DNA of 37,732 bases from a virus (lineage: Duplodnaviria; Caudoviricetes). Made by a program: the position numbers and the translations under genes. The number at the start of each line of letters is the position of its first letter. Position 1 is the stretch's first letter. The notes under the pieces are model-generated. The model was given only the letters and a program-made list of their open reading frames with translations, was not told the DNA's origin and ran no database searches. The stretch spans positions 1 through 37,732 of the IMG/VR virus record IMGVR_UViG_3300012347_000032. One strand, given 5' to 3'. Positions 26,106-34,177 of this stretch are shown one piece after another.

Positions 26106-26969
26106 ATGACAATCACGCTCAACGGCACAACCGGCATCAGCAACGATGGCGGCTACATTGGTGACGGCATCGTCTTTGCCAACACGACCCCTGCGAACAC
26201 GCTGGTGACAGACACCAGCGGAAACGTGGGCGTGGGGACTGCTTCTCCGGGGGCAAGGTTGCAAGTTAATGGCGGTGCTGTTCGCATCCAAAGTTCTGGA
26301 ACGGAAGGCTCGGGTTGGAGTGTCAACTCACTTGTTACGGGCTTTGACGCTACTGGCGGTTATGGTTGGATTACGGCAGCTAATGCAACGGTGCGTTCTA
26401 ATTTAGTGGTGCGGTCGGGTGGTGGTAACTTGTTAGTAGGTACTACAACAAGTGGTGCCAATGCTGGAGGTTTAAGCCTGTACAACAACGCAGGCGCAGG
26501 CCGAGTGGATTTTTCAAACACAACTGGTGGAAACACCAACACTTGCGTTTTTTACTATGGGGCTACGCCTTCAGTCTCAGGCTCGATTCAAACAGCCGCA
26601 TCCAGCGTCAGCTACAACACTTCTTCTGACTATCGCTTAAAAGAACAAGTGCAACCGATGACGGGGGCTTTGGTAAAAGTTGCTGCGCTCAAGCCTGTCA
26701 CATACAAGTGGAAAGTAGACGGCGCTGATGGTGAAGGCTTTATTGCCCACGAGTTGCAAGAAGTTGTCCCTGCTTGCGTAACAGGCGAGAAAGATGCTGT
26801 TGAGACTTACACAGATGATGACGGTGTTGAGCAGACTCGTCCTGTCTACCAAGGCATCGATACCAGCTTCTTGGTCGCCACTCTGACCGCAGCCATCCAA
26901 GAACTCAAGGCTATCGTTGACGCACAAGGCGCTGAGATCGCCGCCCTGAAAGGAACATCGAATGTCTAA
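26106..26969 (+). CDS. Tail fibre with intramolecular chaperone (peptidase S74-like) domain
   Basis: GNVGVGT, SSDYRLKE, GFIAHELQEVVP and C-terminal coiled coil LTAAIQEL. Confidence 0.85.
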   Translation: MTITLNGTTGISNDGGYIGDGIVFANTTPANTLVTDTSGNVGVGTASPGARLQVNGGAVRIQSSGTEGSGWSVNSLVTGFDATGGYGWITAANATVRSNLVVRSGGGNLLVGTTTSGANAGGLSLYNNAGAGRVDFSNTTGGNTNTCVFYYGATPSVSGSIQTAASSVSYNTSSDYRLKEQVQPMTGALVKVAALKPVTYKWKVDGADGEGFIAHELQEVVPACVTGEKDAVETYTDDDGVEQTRPVYQGIDTSFLVATLTAAIQELKAIVDAQGAEIAALKGTSNV

Positions 26970-27423
26970 GATCGCCTTATCCGGCCCAGCAGGGGGCACA
27001 GCCACATACACCGTCACAGCACCCACGGGTGCCACTGATCGCACACTGACACTGCCTGATTCATCCGGTACCATTGCAACATCCGAATCAACATTGGTTC
27101 AGTTCAACGCATCTGGTTCTGCGCCTGTCTATGCTTGCCGCGCATGGGTTAACTTTGACGGTACTGGCACACCCGCAATCCGTGGTTCTGGTAACGTGTC
27201 AAGCATCACGGACAACGGTGTTGGTGATTATCGCGTCAATTTCACCACGGCAATGTCGGACACAAATTACAGCACCCTTGTGACTTCTGACTCAAGTGGT
27301 AATTATTACGTTGGAGCAATGAATGGAAGTGGATACACCGCTGCGTATGCGGGTGTGAGAACATTAAACGCTTCTGGAAGTTTAGCTGATTCGCCAGTAG
27401 TTAACGTCGCTGTATTCCGCTGA
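26962..27423 (+). CDS. Tail fibre-associated protein
   Basis: TDRTLTLPD, CRAWVNFDG and NVSSITDNGVGDYRVNF. Confidence 0.75.
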   Translation: MSKIALSGPAGGTATYTVTAPTGATDRTLTLPDSSGTIATSESTLVQFNASGSAPVYACRAWVNFDGTGTPAIRGSGNVSSITDNGVGDYRVNFTTAMSDTNYSTLVTSDSSGNYYVGAMNGSGYTAAYAGVRTLNASGSLADSPVVNVAVFR

Positions 27424-27432
27424 AAGAACATC

Positions 27433-27609
27433 ATGAACCAAAGAATTATTTACCCCACTGATGACGGCGGCGTGGCTATCATCATTCCCGCTGAGTCTGT
27501 TGAAGCAGCGATGAAGGATATTCCTGAAGGCAAGCCTTACAAAGTTGTGGATGTCTCGGACATCCCTGAAGACCGTACATTCCGTAACGCATGGGAATAC
27601 ACAGCATGA
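27433..27609 (+). CDS. Putative tail fibre assembly protein, part 1 (58 aa; not in the ORF track)
   Basis: Manual translation MNQRIIYPTDDGGVAIIIPAESVEAAMKDIPEGKPYKVVDVSDIPEDRTFRNAWEYTA. Confidence 0.7.
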   Translation: MNQRIIYPTDDGGVAIIIPAESVEAAMKDIPEGKPYKVVDVSDIPEDRTFRNAWEYTA

Positions 27610-27833
27610 TCAACGTCAACCTCGAAAAAGCCAAGGTCATCGTGCATGACATTCGCCGTGCCAAGCGCACTGCTGAGTTCTCGCCACTGGATATCAAGGC
27701 TGCCATCCCTTCGGAAGCCGTAGCTGCTGAAGCTGCTCGTCAAGCTGTGCGCGACAAGTACGTCGCTATTCAGGCTGACATCGACGCTGCTCCCGGCATC
27801 TCTGAACTGAAACTGATTGTGGAGGCACTGTAA
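27606..27833 (+). CDS. Putative tail fibre assembly protein, part 2
   Basis: MINVNLEKAKVIVHDIRRAKRTAEFSPLD...; ATGA overlap. Confidence 0.7.
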   Translation: MINVNLEKAKVIVHDIRRAKRTAEFSPLDIKAAIPSEAVAAEAARQAVRDKYVAIQADIDAAPGISELKLIVEAL

Positions 27834-28162
27834 TGACCACCAAGATTGACGGCAACAGCGGACTCTTACAGTCGTATGAATACCAGGCACCGCTAACTGG
27901 CTTCTCGTACACCTTCCCCGTGGGCATCACAACCGTGATCCTGAACCCATTAGGTACGCTGGCAACAGGCACAGTCACTATGCCTGCGGCCCCGGCTGAC
28001 GGCATGACCGTGTCGATCAGTTCATCGCAGATCATCACTGCGTTGACTGTGAGCGCCAACACCGGCCAGTCTATCGTGTCCCCCATCACAACACTGCTGG
28101 CAGGTGGTGGTGCCAAATACATTTACCGCGCCACAGGCACAACTTGGTACCGTACCGTTTAA
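27833..28162 (+). CDS. Hypothetical virion/tail protein
   Basis: 109 aa beta-rich, TVTMPAAPADG and TWYR. Confidence 0.7.
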   Translation: MTTKIDGNSGLLQSYEYQAPLTGFSYTFPVGITTVILNPLGTLATGTVTMPAAPADGMTVSISSSQIITALTVSANTGQSIVSPITTLLAGGGAKYIYRATGTTWYRTV

Positions 28163-28171
28163 GACGCAGCC

Positions 28172-28402
28172 ATGAGCACACCCGAGATTGACCCGGTTAA
28201 GTACGGCGTTCTTTGGCAAAAGGTCCAAGACTATGAGCGCCGGTTTGACGACATGAGCGCCAAGATCGACAAGATGGAAAACTCTGTCGAGCACCTTGTC
28301 GCGCTTGCCAACCAAGGCAAAGGTGGGTTTTGGATGGGCATGACCATCGCATCAATGGTCGGGGGTGGCCTTAGCTGGATCACATCGCACTGGAGTAGAT
28401 AA
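28172..28402 (+). CDS. Small coiled-coil plus C-terminal TM protein (holin/XhlA-like candidate)
   Basis: 76 aa; coiled coil then GKGGFWMGMTIASMVGGGLSWI. Confidence 0.6.
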   Translation: MSTPEIDPVKYGVLWQKVQDYERRFDDMSAKIDKMENSVEHLVALANQGKGGFWMGMTIASMVGGGLSWITSHWSR

Positions 28403-28849
28403 ATGCTGGCTGAACTTGCCGCAGCGAATGCAGCCTTCGCAGTAATCAAGGGTGCTCTGGCTAACGGCAAGGAACTCTCTGCCCTCGGCTCTCGGGTCTT
28501 TGACTACTTCGACAACAAGGCAGTCATCCAAGAGAAAGCCACCAAGAAGGGCGGCGGCTCCGACATGGAAGAGTTCATGGCGCTGGAGCAACTCAAGCAG
28601 CAGGAAGAAGAACTGCGTGAGCGCATGGTCTACGCTGGACGCCCTGGCATGTGGGATGATTGGGTCAAGTTCCAAGCTGCCGCCGCACGCCGACGCCGTG
28701 AGGCCAAAGAAGAGGCTGCCCGTGAAATCCTGCGGCGCAAAGAACGCGCTGCAAAACTTGTTGAGCACGTTGCAATCGGCGTGGCGACACTGATCCTTGC
28801 CGCGCTCATGATCTACGGCATCGTGCTGTACATGCGGTACTTGCGATGA
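28403..28849 (+). CDS. Membrane-anchored hypothetical protein in the lysis cassette
   Basis: 148 aa; amphipathic N-terminus, charged coiled coil and C-terminal TM helix. Confidence 0.7.
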   Translation: MLAELAAANAAFAVIKGALANGKELSALGSRVFDYFDNKAVIQEKATKKGGGSDMEEFMALEQLKQQEEELRERMVYAGRPGMWDDWVKFQAAAARRRREAKEEAAREILRRKERAAKLVEHVAIGVATLILAALMIYGIVLYMRYLR

Positions 28850-29463
28850 GCGAGGAAAAGCTTAACGCCGACTCCACACTCGACAAGGTGCTCGGGTATG
28901 TGGACTCGCCGTTCAAGCTGTTCGCCATCCTCGTCATGGGTGTTGTGGCGTTTGCCGGGTACTTCCTGTGGCAGAACCAAGAGTTCATGCGTGACGCCTA
29001 CAAGGAGTCAAAGAAGCTGCCGGAGATCAACACCTCTCGGGCCGACGAGGCCAGCACCATGCTGTTCAAGAAGACGGGCGCGACCGTTGTGGCGATCTTC
29101 AAGGTCAACCCGCTGTTCAACAGCCGAGTTCTGTACAAGGCGTACACCAAGGATGGCCGGGACAAGAGCATTGAAGACATCGACGTTGGCCTGTTCACCA
29201 GCAACAAGGGCAACAATGCCGACGTGGTCAAGCTGATGACGGCGGAGATTCCGTGCTCCGAGTACCGCTATGCGCAGTCCGAAGTCGGGCTCTGGTATCT
29301 TGAGAAGGGTGTGACCTTCACTTGTCGGATCAGCGTGCCGCCAGACCAAAACCGCTTCGTTGGGCAGGTCACGGTGGGCTGGGCTCAGGAGCCGGAAAAC
29401 CTTGAGCAAGTGAAATTCATGCTGGAGATTGCCAGCGCCATGTTAACCAAAAGGGGAAATTGA
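28846..29463 (+). CDS. Single-TM protein with GAF-like C-terminal domain; candidate T4 holin T-like
   Basis: 205 aa; one N-terminal TM then WQNQEFMRDAYKESK, GATVVAIFKVNP and FVGQVTVGW followed by a final helix. Confidence 0.55.
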   Translation: MSEEKLNADSTLDKVLGYVDSPFKLFAILVMGVVAFAGYFLWQNQEFMRDAYKESKKLPEINTSRADEASTMLFKKTGATVVAIFKVNPLFNSRVLYKAYTKDGRDKSIEDIDVGLFTSNKGNNADVVKLMTAEIPCSEYRYAQSEVGLWYLEKGVTFTCRISVPPDQNRFVGQVTVGWAQEPENLEQVKFMLEIASAMLTKRGN

Positions 29464-29891
29464 TGTTTGGAATTGATGCACTTTTAAATGTGGGCGGCAA
29501 GCTCATTGACAAACTGATTCCCGATCCTGAAGCTAAAGCAAAAGCCCAACTCGATCTGGCAGCACTGGCGCAGTCCGGTGAACTGGCTCAGATGGCAAAC
29601 GAAACCAAACTGTTTGAGACTGAGCAAAACAACCTCACAGACCGCCTTAAAGCAGATATGGCATCTGACTCTTGGCTGTCTAAAAACATTCGCCCTATGA
29701 CACTGCTGTTGATCCTTGGCGGGTATTTCACATTCGCCATGATGTCAGCATTTGACTACGACACCAACCGAAGCTATGTCGAATTGCTCGGGCAGTGGGG
29801 CATGCTGGTAATGTCGTTTTACTTTGGTGGTCGCACACTGGAGAAGATCATGGACATGAAATCTGACAAGAAAGAAAAGGACTCAAAATGA
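29463..29891 (+). CDS. Holin (3TM, GTA-holin family)
   Basis: IDKLIPDPEAKAKA, DSWLSKNIRP and FYFGGRTLEK. Confidence 0.85.
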   Translation: MFGIDALLNVGGKLIDKLIPDPEAKAKAQLDLAALAQSGELAQMANETKLFETEQNNLTDRLKADMASDSWLSKNIRPMTLLLILGGYFTFAMMSAFDYDTNRSYVELLGQWGMLVMSFYFGGRTLEKIMDMKSDKKEKDSK

Positions 29892-30325
29892 ACCTCACCC
29901 CTCACTTCACTCTCGACGAACTCACCGCTTCTGAGACTGCCGAGCGCAACGGCTGGGACAACAGCCCCAACGAGTCCGAACTCGCCAACCTCAAGCGACT
30001 GGCTGACTTCTTGGAGCAGGTCAAAGTGGTCATGGGTGGCAAGCCCATCATGATCAGTTCCGGCCTGCGCACCAAGAAGGTCAATGATGCCGTGGGCAGC
30101 AAAGACACCAGTCAGCACCGCATCGGGTGCGCGGCCGACTTCAAAGTGCCAGGCGTGACCCCTGACGAGGTGGTGCGTAAGGTCATCGCCAGCGGGATCG
30201 GCTACGACCAGGTGATCCGCGAGTTCGACCGATGGGTTCACATCAGCGTACCCAGCAGCGTGGACACAGCACCTCGCAAGCAGGCGCTGATCATTGACAA
30301 GGCTGGCACCCGCCCCTTCGCTTAA
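29888..30325 (+). CDS. Endolysin, peptidase M15 family
   Basis: HFTLDEL, SSGLR, SQH..G.AADF and WVHIS Zn-peptidase motifs. Confidence 0.9.
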   Translation: MNLTPHFTLDELTASETAERNGWDNSPNESELANLKRLADFLEQVKVVMGGKPIMISSGLRTKKVNDAVGSKDTSQHRIGCAADFKVPGVTPDEVVRKVIASGIGYDQVIREFDRWVHISVPSSVDTAPRKQALIIDKAGTRPFA

Positions 30326-30531
30326 CTCAGGATGAAGTAGGCCAGCAGCGGCCAGATCGTCAGACCCAAGATTGCCATCAGCATCCAGTAGCCCAGCCGC
30401 TTGAGTTGGTGACGCCAGATGCTTGGTGGCAGTGGGTCTGCTGCCCTCATCACCGGACGATATGTCGCCACACGGACCGGACAGTCCCGGCCTTGATTGC
30501 AGTTTCCGTAGTCATCACAACAGTTGGGCAT
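30322..30531 (-). CDS. Cys-rich membrane microprotein
   Basis: MPNCCDDYGNCNQGRDCPVR plus C-terminal TM; AAGGAG RBS. Confidence 0.65.
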   Translation of the reverse strand: MPNCCDDYGNCNQGRDCPVRVATYRPVMRAADPLPPSIWRHQLKRLGYWMLMAILGLTIWPLLAYFILS

Positions 30532-30662
30532 GGTGTCTCCTTTTGATCGAGGTATTCGCGCAGCCACTTTGAGCCGCCAAGTGCTTTGAGTTTTGCCATT
30601 TGAGTGTCCGAGAGTCTGATCTCTCGTGCCTTAATTGGCTCTGGTGGTTTAGGCCGTGGCAT
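30450..30662 (-). CDS. Small RHH-like DNA-binding protein
   Basis: MPRPKPPEPIKAREIRLSDTQMAKLKALGGSKWLREYL. Confidence 0.55.
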   Translation of the reverse strand: MPRPKPPEPIKAREIRLSDTQMAKLKALGGSKWLREYLDQKETPCPTVVMTTETAIKAGTVRSVWRHIVR

Positions 30663-30954
30663 ATGCTTCCGTGATGACCCATTGAGTTTTTGGTTTCTTG
30701 TAGTTCACGCCCCACTTCAGTCGATCCTTGGGGTGAGGGCAGTCGTCAGGCACAGGCACAGCGATCCACACCTTCTCGTACTGCCCACGTTTGCCCATGC
30801 GCCAGCGATCAACATAGGTGTCAGGCATCGTCCGCAGCGATGTCCTGATGTTGGCAACGTGAATGCCCGTGGCCTTTGCAATCTCATTGGGTGTCATGCC
30901 ACTCGGATGCGCACGAAGTACGGTGCGTATTTTCTTTTGCCGCACGGGGGTCAT
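30649..30954 (-). CDS. Winged-HTH-like protein
   Basis: IRTVLRAHPSGMTPNEIAKATGIHVANIRTSL; GGAG RBS. Confidence 0.7.
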   Translation of the reverse strand: MTPVRQKKIRTVLRAHPSGMTPNEIAKATGIHVANIRTSLRTMPDTYVDRWRMGKRGQYEKVWIAVPVPDDCPHPKDRLKWGVNYKKPKTQWVITEAYATA

Positions 30955-31145
30955 GGTGTCTCCGTAGCGTTGTGCAAATAGGCCGTCAGGCGCTTGATCT
31001 GCGCCTCGCGGTACTTGCACATGGACTCGGCGTATTCACGGGCTGTCTGGGCTTGCAGCAGCCTGCGCTTGGACTCTTCCAACTCTTTGAGCGCCAGCAC
31101 TTCGGCACTTGGTGTGGTCCACAGTTTTCTCAGTTCGTTGATCAT
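30951..31145 (-). CDS. Hypothetical coiled-coil protein
   Basis: 64 aa; AAGGAG RBS. Confidence 0.7.
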   Translation of the reverse strand: MINELRKLWTTPSAEVLALKELEESKRRLLQAQTAREYAESMCKYREAQIKRLTAYLHNATETP

Positions 31146-31157
31146 TACAGTTACTCC

Positions 31158-31625
31158 TTATTTTTTAGGCCAGCCGAGCTTGGACAGATCGGCCATAACA
31201 TTTGTCAGCGCTGGCAAGTTCTTGGTAGGTTCAGTTTCAGTGGGATAGTATTTCTTGAACTCGGGGAACGTGGTCAGTGCCTGCTTGAGTGTGCTGATAC
31301 CGGCAAACGCATGAGTCAGCTTGGCCTCAGCATCCCGGCGCTCAGTCTCTTGCTTCTCATACGGTGCGATGATTGCCTTGATTTGATTGCGTGTTACGTC
31401 ACCCACCACAACAATGTCGCCGTAGTGGCGATATGCGTTGGTGTACTCCACATCCGCCGTGCGCAGTGCAGTCGGATGGGTCTTGAATAGCTTACGCGCC
31501 TCAGGGCTCATGGCTTTGATGATGGCTTCCTTGATGGTCGTAGCGCGAGCCTCCTTGTCTATGGGTGGCAAATCATGAATGATTGCGCGGACAATTGCCT
31601 GCTTGGTGTATTTACTCAGCTTCAT
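31158..31625 (-). CDS. Nmad5-like protein (nucleotide-modification-associated domain)
   Basis: MKLSKYTKQAIVRAI N-terminus and TLKQALTTFPEF..LPAL C-terminus resemble the family as I recall it. Confidence 0.5.
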   Translation of the reverse strand: MKLSKYTKQAIVRAIIHDLPPIDKEARATTIKEAIIKAMSPEARKLFKTHPTALRTADVEYTNAYRHYGDIVVVGDVTRNQIKAIIAPYEKQETERRDAEAKLTHAFAGISTLKQALTTFPEFKKYYPTETEPTKNLPALTNVMADLSKLGWPKK

Positions 31626-31655
31626 TACATTTACTCCAGTGGTTGATGTGACACA

Positions 31656-31665
31656 AGTGTATCAC
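31656..31665 (-). promoter_or_regulatory. Extended -10 promoter candidate GTGATACACT
   Basis: TGn-TACACT about 30 nt upstream of the 31625 start. Confidence 0.45.
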
Positions 31666-33068
31666 ACATTTTTAGATATGCGATATTGTTTTACAGCGTT
31701 ACGAAGTCCGGCCTGCGTGGTGGCCTTGTCATCCAATGCCATACCCTGTGCTTGGTCAAGGGTGTCCTTGCACATGATGCGGTGACAGATCACGGGCACA
31801 CCTTGGCCTTGGCGGCGCACTCGGGCGTTGAACTGCTCGTACAGGTCCAGCGACCAGTTGAGGCCATACCACACGAGGATGTGGCCGTTTTTCTGAAGGC
31901 CATCAATCCCGTGACCCATTGAGGCAGGGTGGCCGATCATCAGTTGACAGTCGCCCGTCTTCCAGCGGTGCATGGCGTTGGTCAGCGATGCCTCGCTCTT
32001 GCACTCGGTCAGGTTGATCGGGTCAAGGTGCTTGAACTTCTCCATGATCCTGGCAGCGTCTGATCTGTACGCATACGCACACAGGATCGGACTACCCTGT
32101 GCCTCGTCGATAATGTCCTCAAGGGCATCCAGCTTCAGGTCATGCACAGGCTCCCACAGCGGCATCCCGGCCACCGGGTACATAGCGCCGTTGGAGAACT
32201 GGAGACACTTGTTGGTCAGCGATGCTTGGTTAAACGCCTCAACTTCCTTGCCGCTGTCCAGCACCAAGAAGAACTCTTTTTCCATCTTGTCGTATTTGGT
32301 GCGCAGGTCATCGGGCATCTCGATCTCGATGTTGTTGACCATCAGGTCCGGCAGGGGGTTGTAGTCCTCGGCCGACATCTCCAGCGTGATGTCACCGATC
32401 AGCTTCTTGATCGTGTCCTCGGTGTCCTCGTAGGGCAGTTCCTTGTATGGTCCGACCTTGCGGTAGAACCGGGTCTTGAACTGGGTCTTGCTGGTGCCCA
32501 GGCGCTCACCACGGTCCACCACGAGGAACTGACCATGCAGGTCTTTGTACCCGTTGCTTGCCGGGGTGCCGGTGAGGCCCGTTGCCCAGTCGAACTTGTC
32601 AGCGATCTTGCGAAACGCTTTGACCCGGTTCGTGGCGCTGTTCTTCATTTTGCTGATCTCGTCCCAGATGATTCCGTTGAACGGCATCGGGCGTTCCTTC
32701 TTGACGAAGTAGGTCTGCAATGTCTCCGAGAGCCACCCAAGGTTCTCATAGTTGATCATGTAGACGTCAGCGGGGCGCAGCAAGGCACGGGTGCGCTGGT
32801 CCTTGGTGCCCGTGATCATGCTGAATCGCAGGTGCTTGGTGTGTTCCCACTTCGCAGCCTCTTGACGCCACACGAGTCGGATGACCCGGATCGGGGCCAC
32901 GATGATCACACCCTTGAGGAACTGGGTGCGGATTAGGTGGGCCAGGCTGGTCAGCGTGATCACGGTCTTGCCCAAGCCCATGTCCAGCCACAGCATCGAG
33001 TGCGGGTGGGTGCATTGAAAGTTGACAGCCTTTTGCTGGTAGCCGTGAAGCAGGTCAGGTGTCAGCAT
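31662..33068 (-). CDS. SNF2-like superfamily II helicase
   Basis: LDMGLGKT, WDEISK, LTGTPA, HGIDGLQ and QFNARVRRQG. Confidence 0.92.
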   Translation of the reverse strand: MLTPDLLHGYQQKAVNFQCTHPHSMLWLDMGLGKTVITLTSLAHLIRTQFLKGVIIVAPIRVIRLVWRQEAAKWEHTKHLRFSMITGTKDQRTRALLRPADVYMINYENLGWLSETLQTYFVKKERPMPFNGIIWDEISKMKNSATNRVKAFRKIADKFDWATGLTGTPASNGYKDLHGQFLVVDRGERLGTSKTQFKTRFYRKVGPYKELPYEDTEDTIKKLIGDITLEMSAEDYNPLPDLMVNNIEIEMPDDLRTKYDKMEKEFFLVLDSGKEVEAFNQASLTNKCLQFSNGAMYPVAGMPLWEPVHDLKLDALEDIIDEAQGSPILCAYAYRSDAARIMEKFKHLDPINLTECKSEASLTNAMHRWKTGDCQLMIGHPASMGHGIDGLQKNGHILVWYGLNWSLDLYEQFNARVRRQGQGVPVICHRIMCKDTLDQAQGMALDDKATTQAGLRNAVKQYRISKNV

Positions 33069-33655
33069 GTTGCACCCCACTGCTCGGCCATCGCATCAGC
33101 GATTCCTTGAAACGTGGCACTTCGTATTTTCCAACGATCTGGTCCGGGTGGAAGGTTGTACCACTTGGGCAGGCTTTTGCCGCTTTTGGTTACGTGCCTT
33201 TCACCCTTGTCAACCATGTTTGTGGGTGTCAAATGAGGAAGCCCTTTAAGCCACAGGCATGTGGTTTTGGTTGCTTGGTGTCCAAACATATAGGGTTGCA
33301 CAATCTGGTCAGGTTTACGAATCTCACTGCTGATAATGCTCACAGGATTTTCCAATGCGATTTTTGGAATAGGTGCGTTTAACAGAAGGCGCACAAAGTC
33401 AAGAGCTTCTTGCTGAACACCACTTTCTCGTTTGGCGGCAAAATGCTTGGCACCTGATACGGCCAGATGAGTGCAAGGTGGATGAGCGATCATGATGTCC
33501 CACCCTTGACCAAGAATGTCGGTGACATCGCCTTGGTAGTGCAGACCGGGCGCGTCACTCGGCAGTAGATCGCAAGACATTGCAAAGTGCCCCATGCGAG
33601 TAAACGCATCACGCACCCTGCCGCTGTACTCACATGCGACAAGAACTCTCAGCAT
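33062..33655 (-). CDS. Short C5 cytosine DNA methyltransferase-like protein
   Basis: VLVACEYSG (SAM-binding variant), HPPC catalytic Cys, ENPV and C-terminal RSATFQGIADAMAEQW. Confidence 0.75.
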   Translation of the reverse strand: MLRVLVACEYSGRVRDAFTRMGHFAMSCDLLPSDAPGLHYQGDVTDILGQGWDIMIAHPPCTHLAVSGAKHFAAKRESGVQQEALDFVRLLLNAPIPKIALENPVSIISSEIRKPDQIVQPYMFGHQATKTTCLWLKGLPHLTPTNMVDKGERHVTKSGKSLPKWYNLPPGPDRWKIRSATFQGIADAMAEQWGATC

Positions 33656-33933
33656 CCCATCACCATTACATCAATCATCGTCTTACCCTCAATTACGTTG
33701 TCAATTACAAATACATTTACTTTGTGTTCCCGGAGTCGGGTGTGTTCTCGTTCTTGTGCTGGCGTTGGTTTCTTTCCCGCAGCTTTGAATTCACAGAACC
33801 ACACAATCCCATCTTGTCGGATGAACATACGATCAGGCACAGCAGCCCGTGCGGGGCTGGTGAACTTGTAAGCAAGCACACCCTTTGACTTGGCGTACTC
33901 GCAGACTCTGGCTTCAATTTCCTTTTCCAGCAT
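33649..33933 (-). CDS. VRR-NUC nuclease
   Basis: EKEIE, AVPDR, FCEFKA.GKKPT..Q. Confidence 0.9.
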   Translation of the reverse strand: MLEKEIEARVCEYAKSKGVLAYKFTSPARAAVPDRMFIRQDGIVWFCEFKAAGKKPTPAQEREHTRLREHKVNVFVIDNVIEGKTMIDVMVMGC

Positions 33934-34177
33934 TGCGTGTCTCCAATTCGATCAGCAACTCAATGTAGTGCTTGGCCTTTTCAAGATCAGCGATGCCGTT
34001 CTTCTTGCGCCACCGGGACACGTACTTGATCACGTTGCCCTCAAAGTAGCCAATTGCGTTGGCATGGATGAACTCGACTGGCTGGATCGGCAAGTCCTTG
34101 TAATGACTTCCCGCAACCTGTTTACCCAGTGCGTTAAACGCCTCATCTTCTTCAAGTGTCACTTCAAACTTAGACAT
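33914..34177 (-). CDS. DUF3310 (T7 gp1.7-like nucleotide kinase family) protein
   Basis: QVAGSHY, GNVIKYVSR..KKNG..DLEKAKHY. Confidence 0.85.
   Translation of the reverse strand: MSKFEVTLEEDEAFNALGKQVAGSHYKDLPIQPVEFIHANAIGYFEGNVIKYVSRWRKKNGIADLEKAKHYIELLIELETRNAGKGN

Noticed and set aside
26106-27423. Diversity-generating retroelement or invertible tail-fibre cassette
   Set aside because: No reverse transcriptase or recombinase, and no template/variable repeat pair or flanking inverted repeats seen
8569-30325. Stop-codon reassignment
   Set aside because: All core genes are full-length under the standard code and no suppressor tRNA was seen
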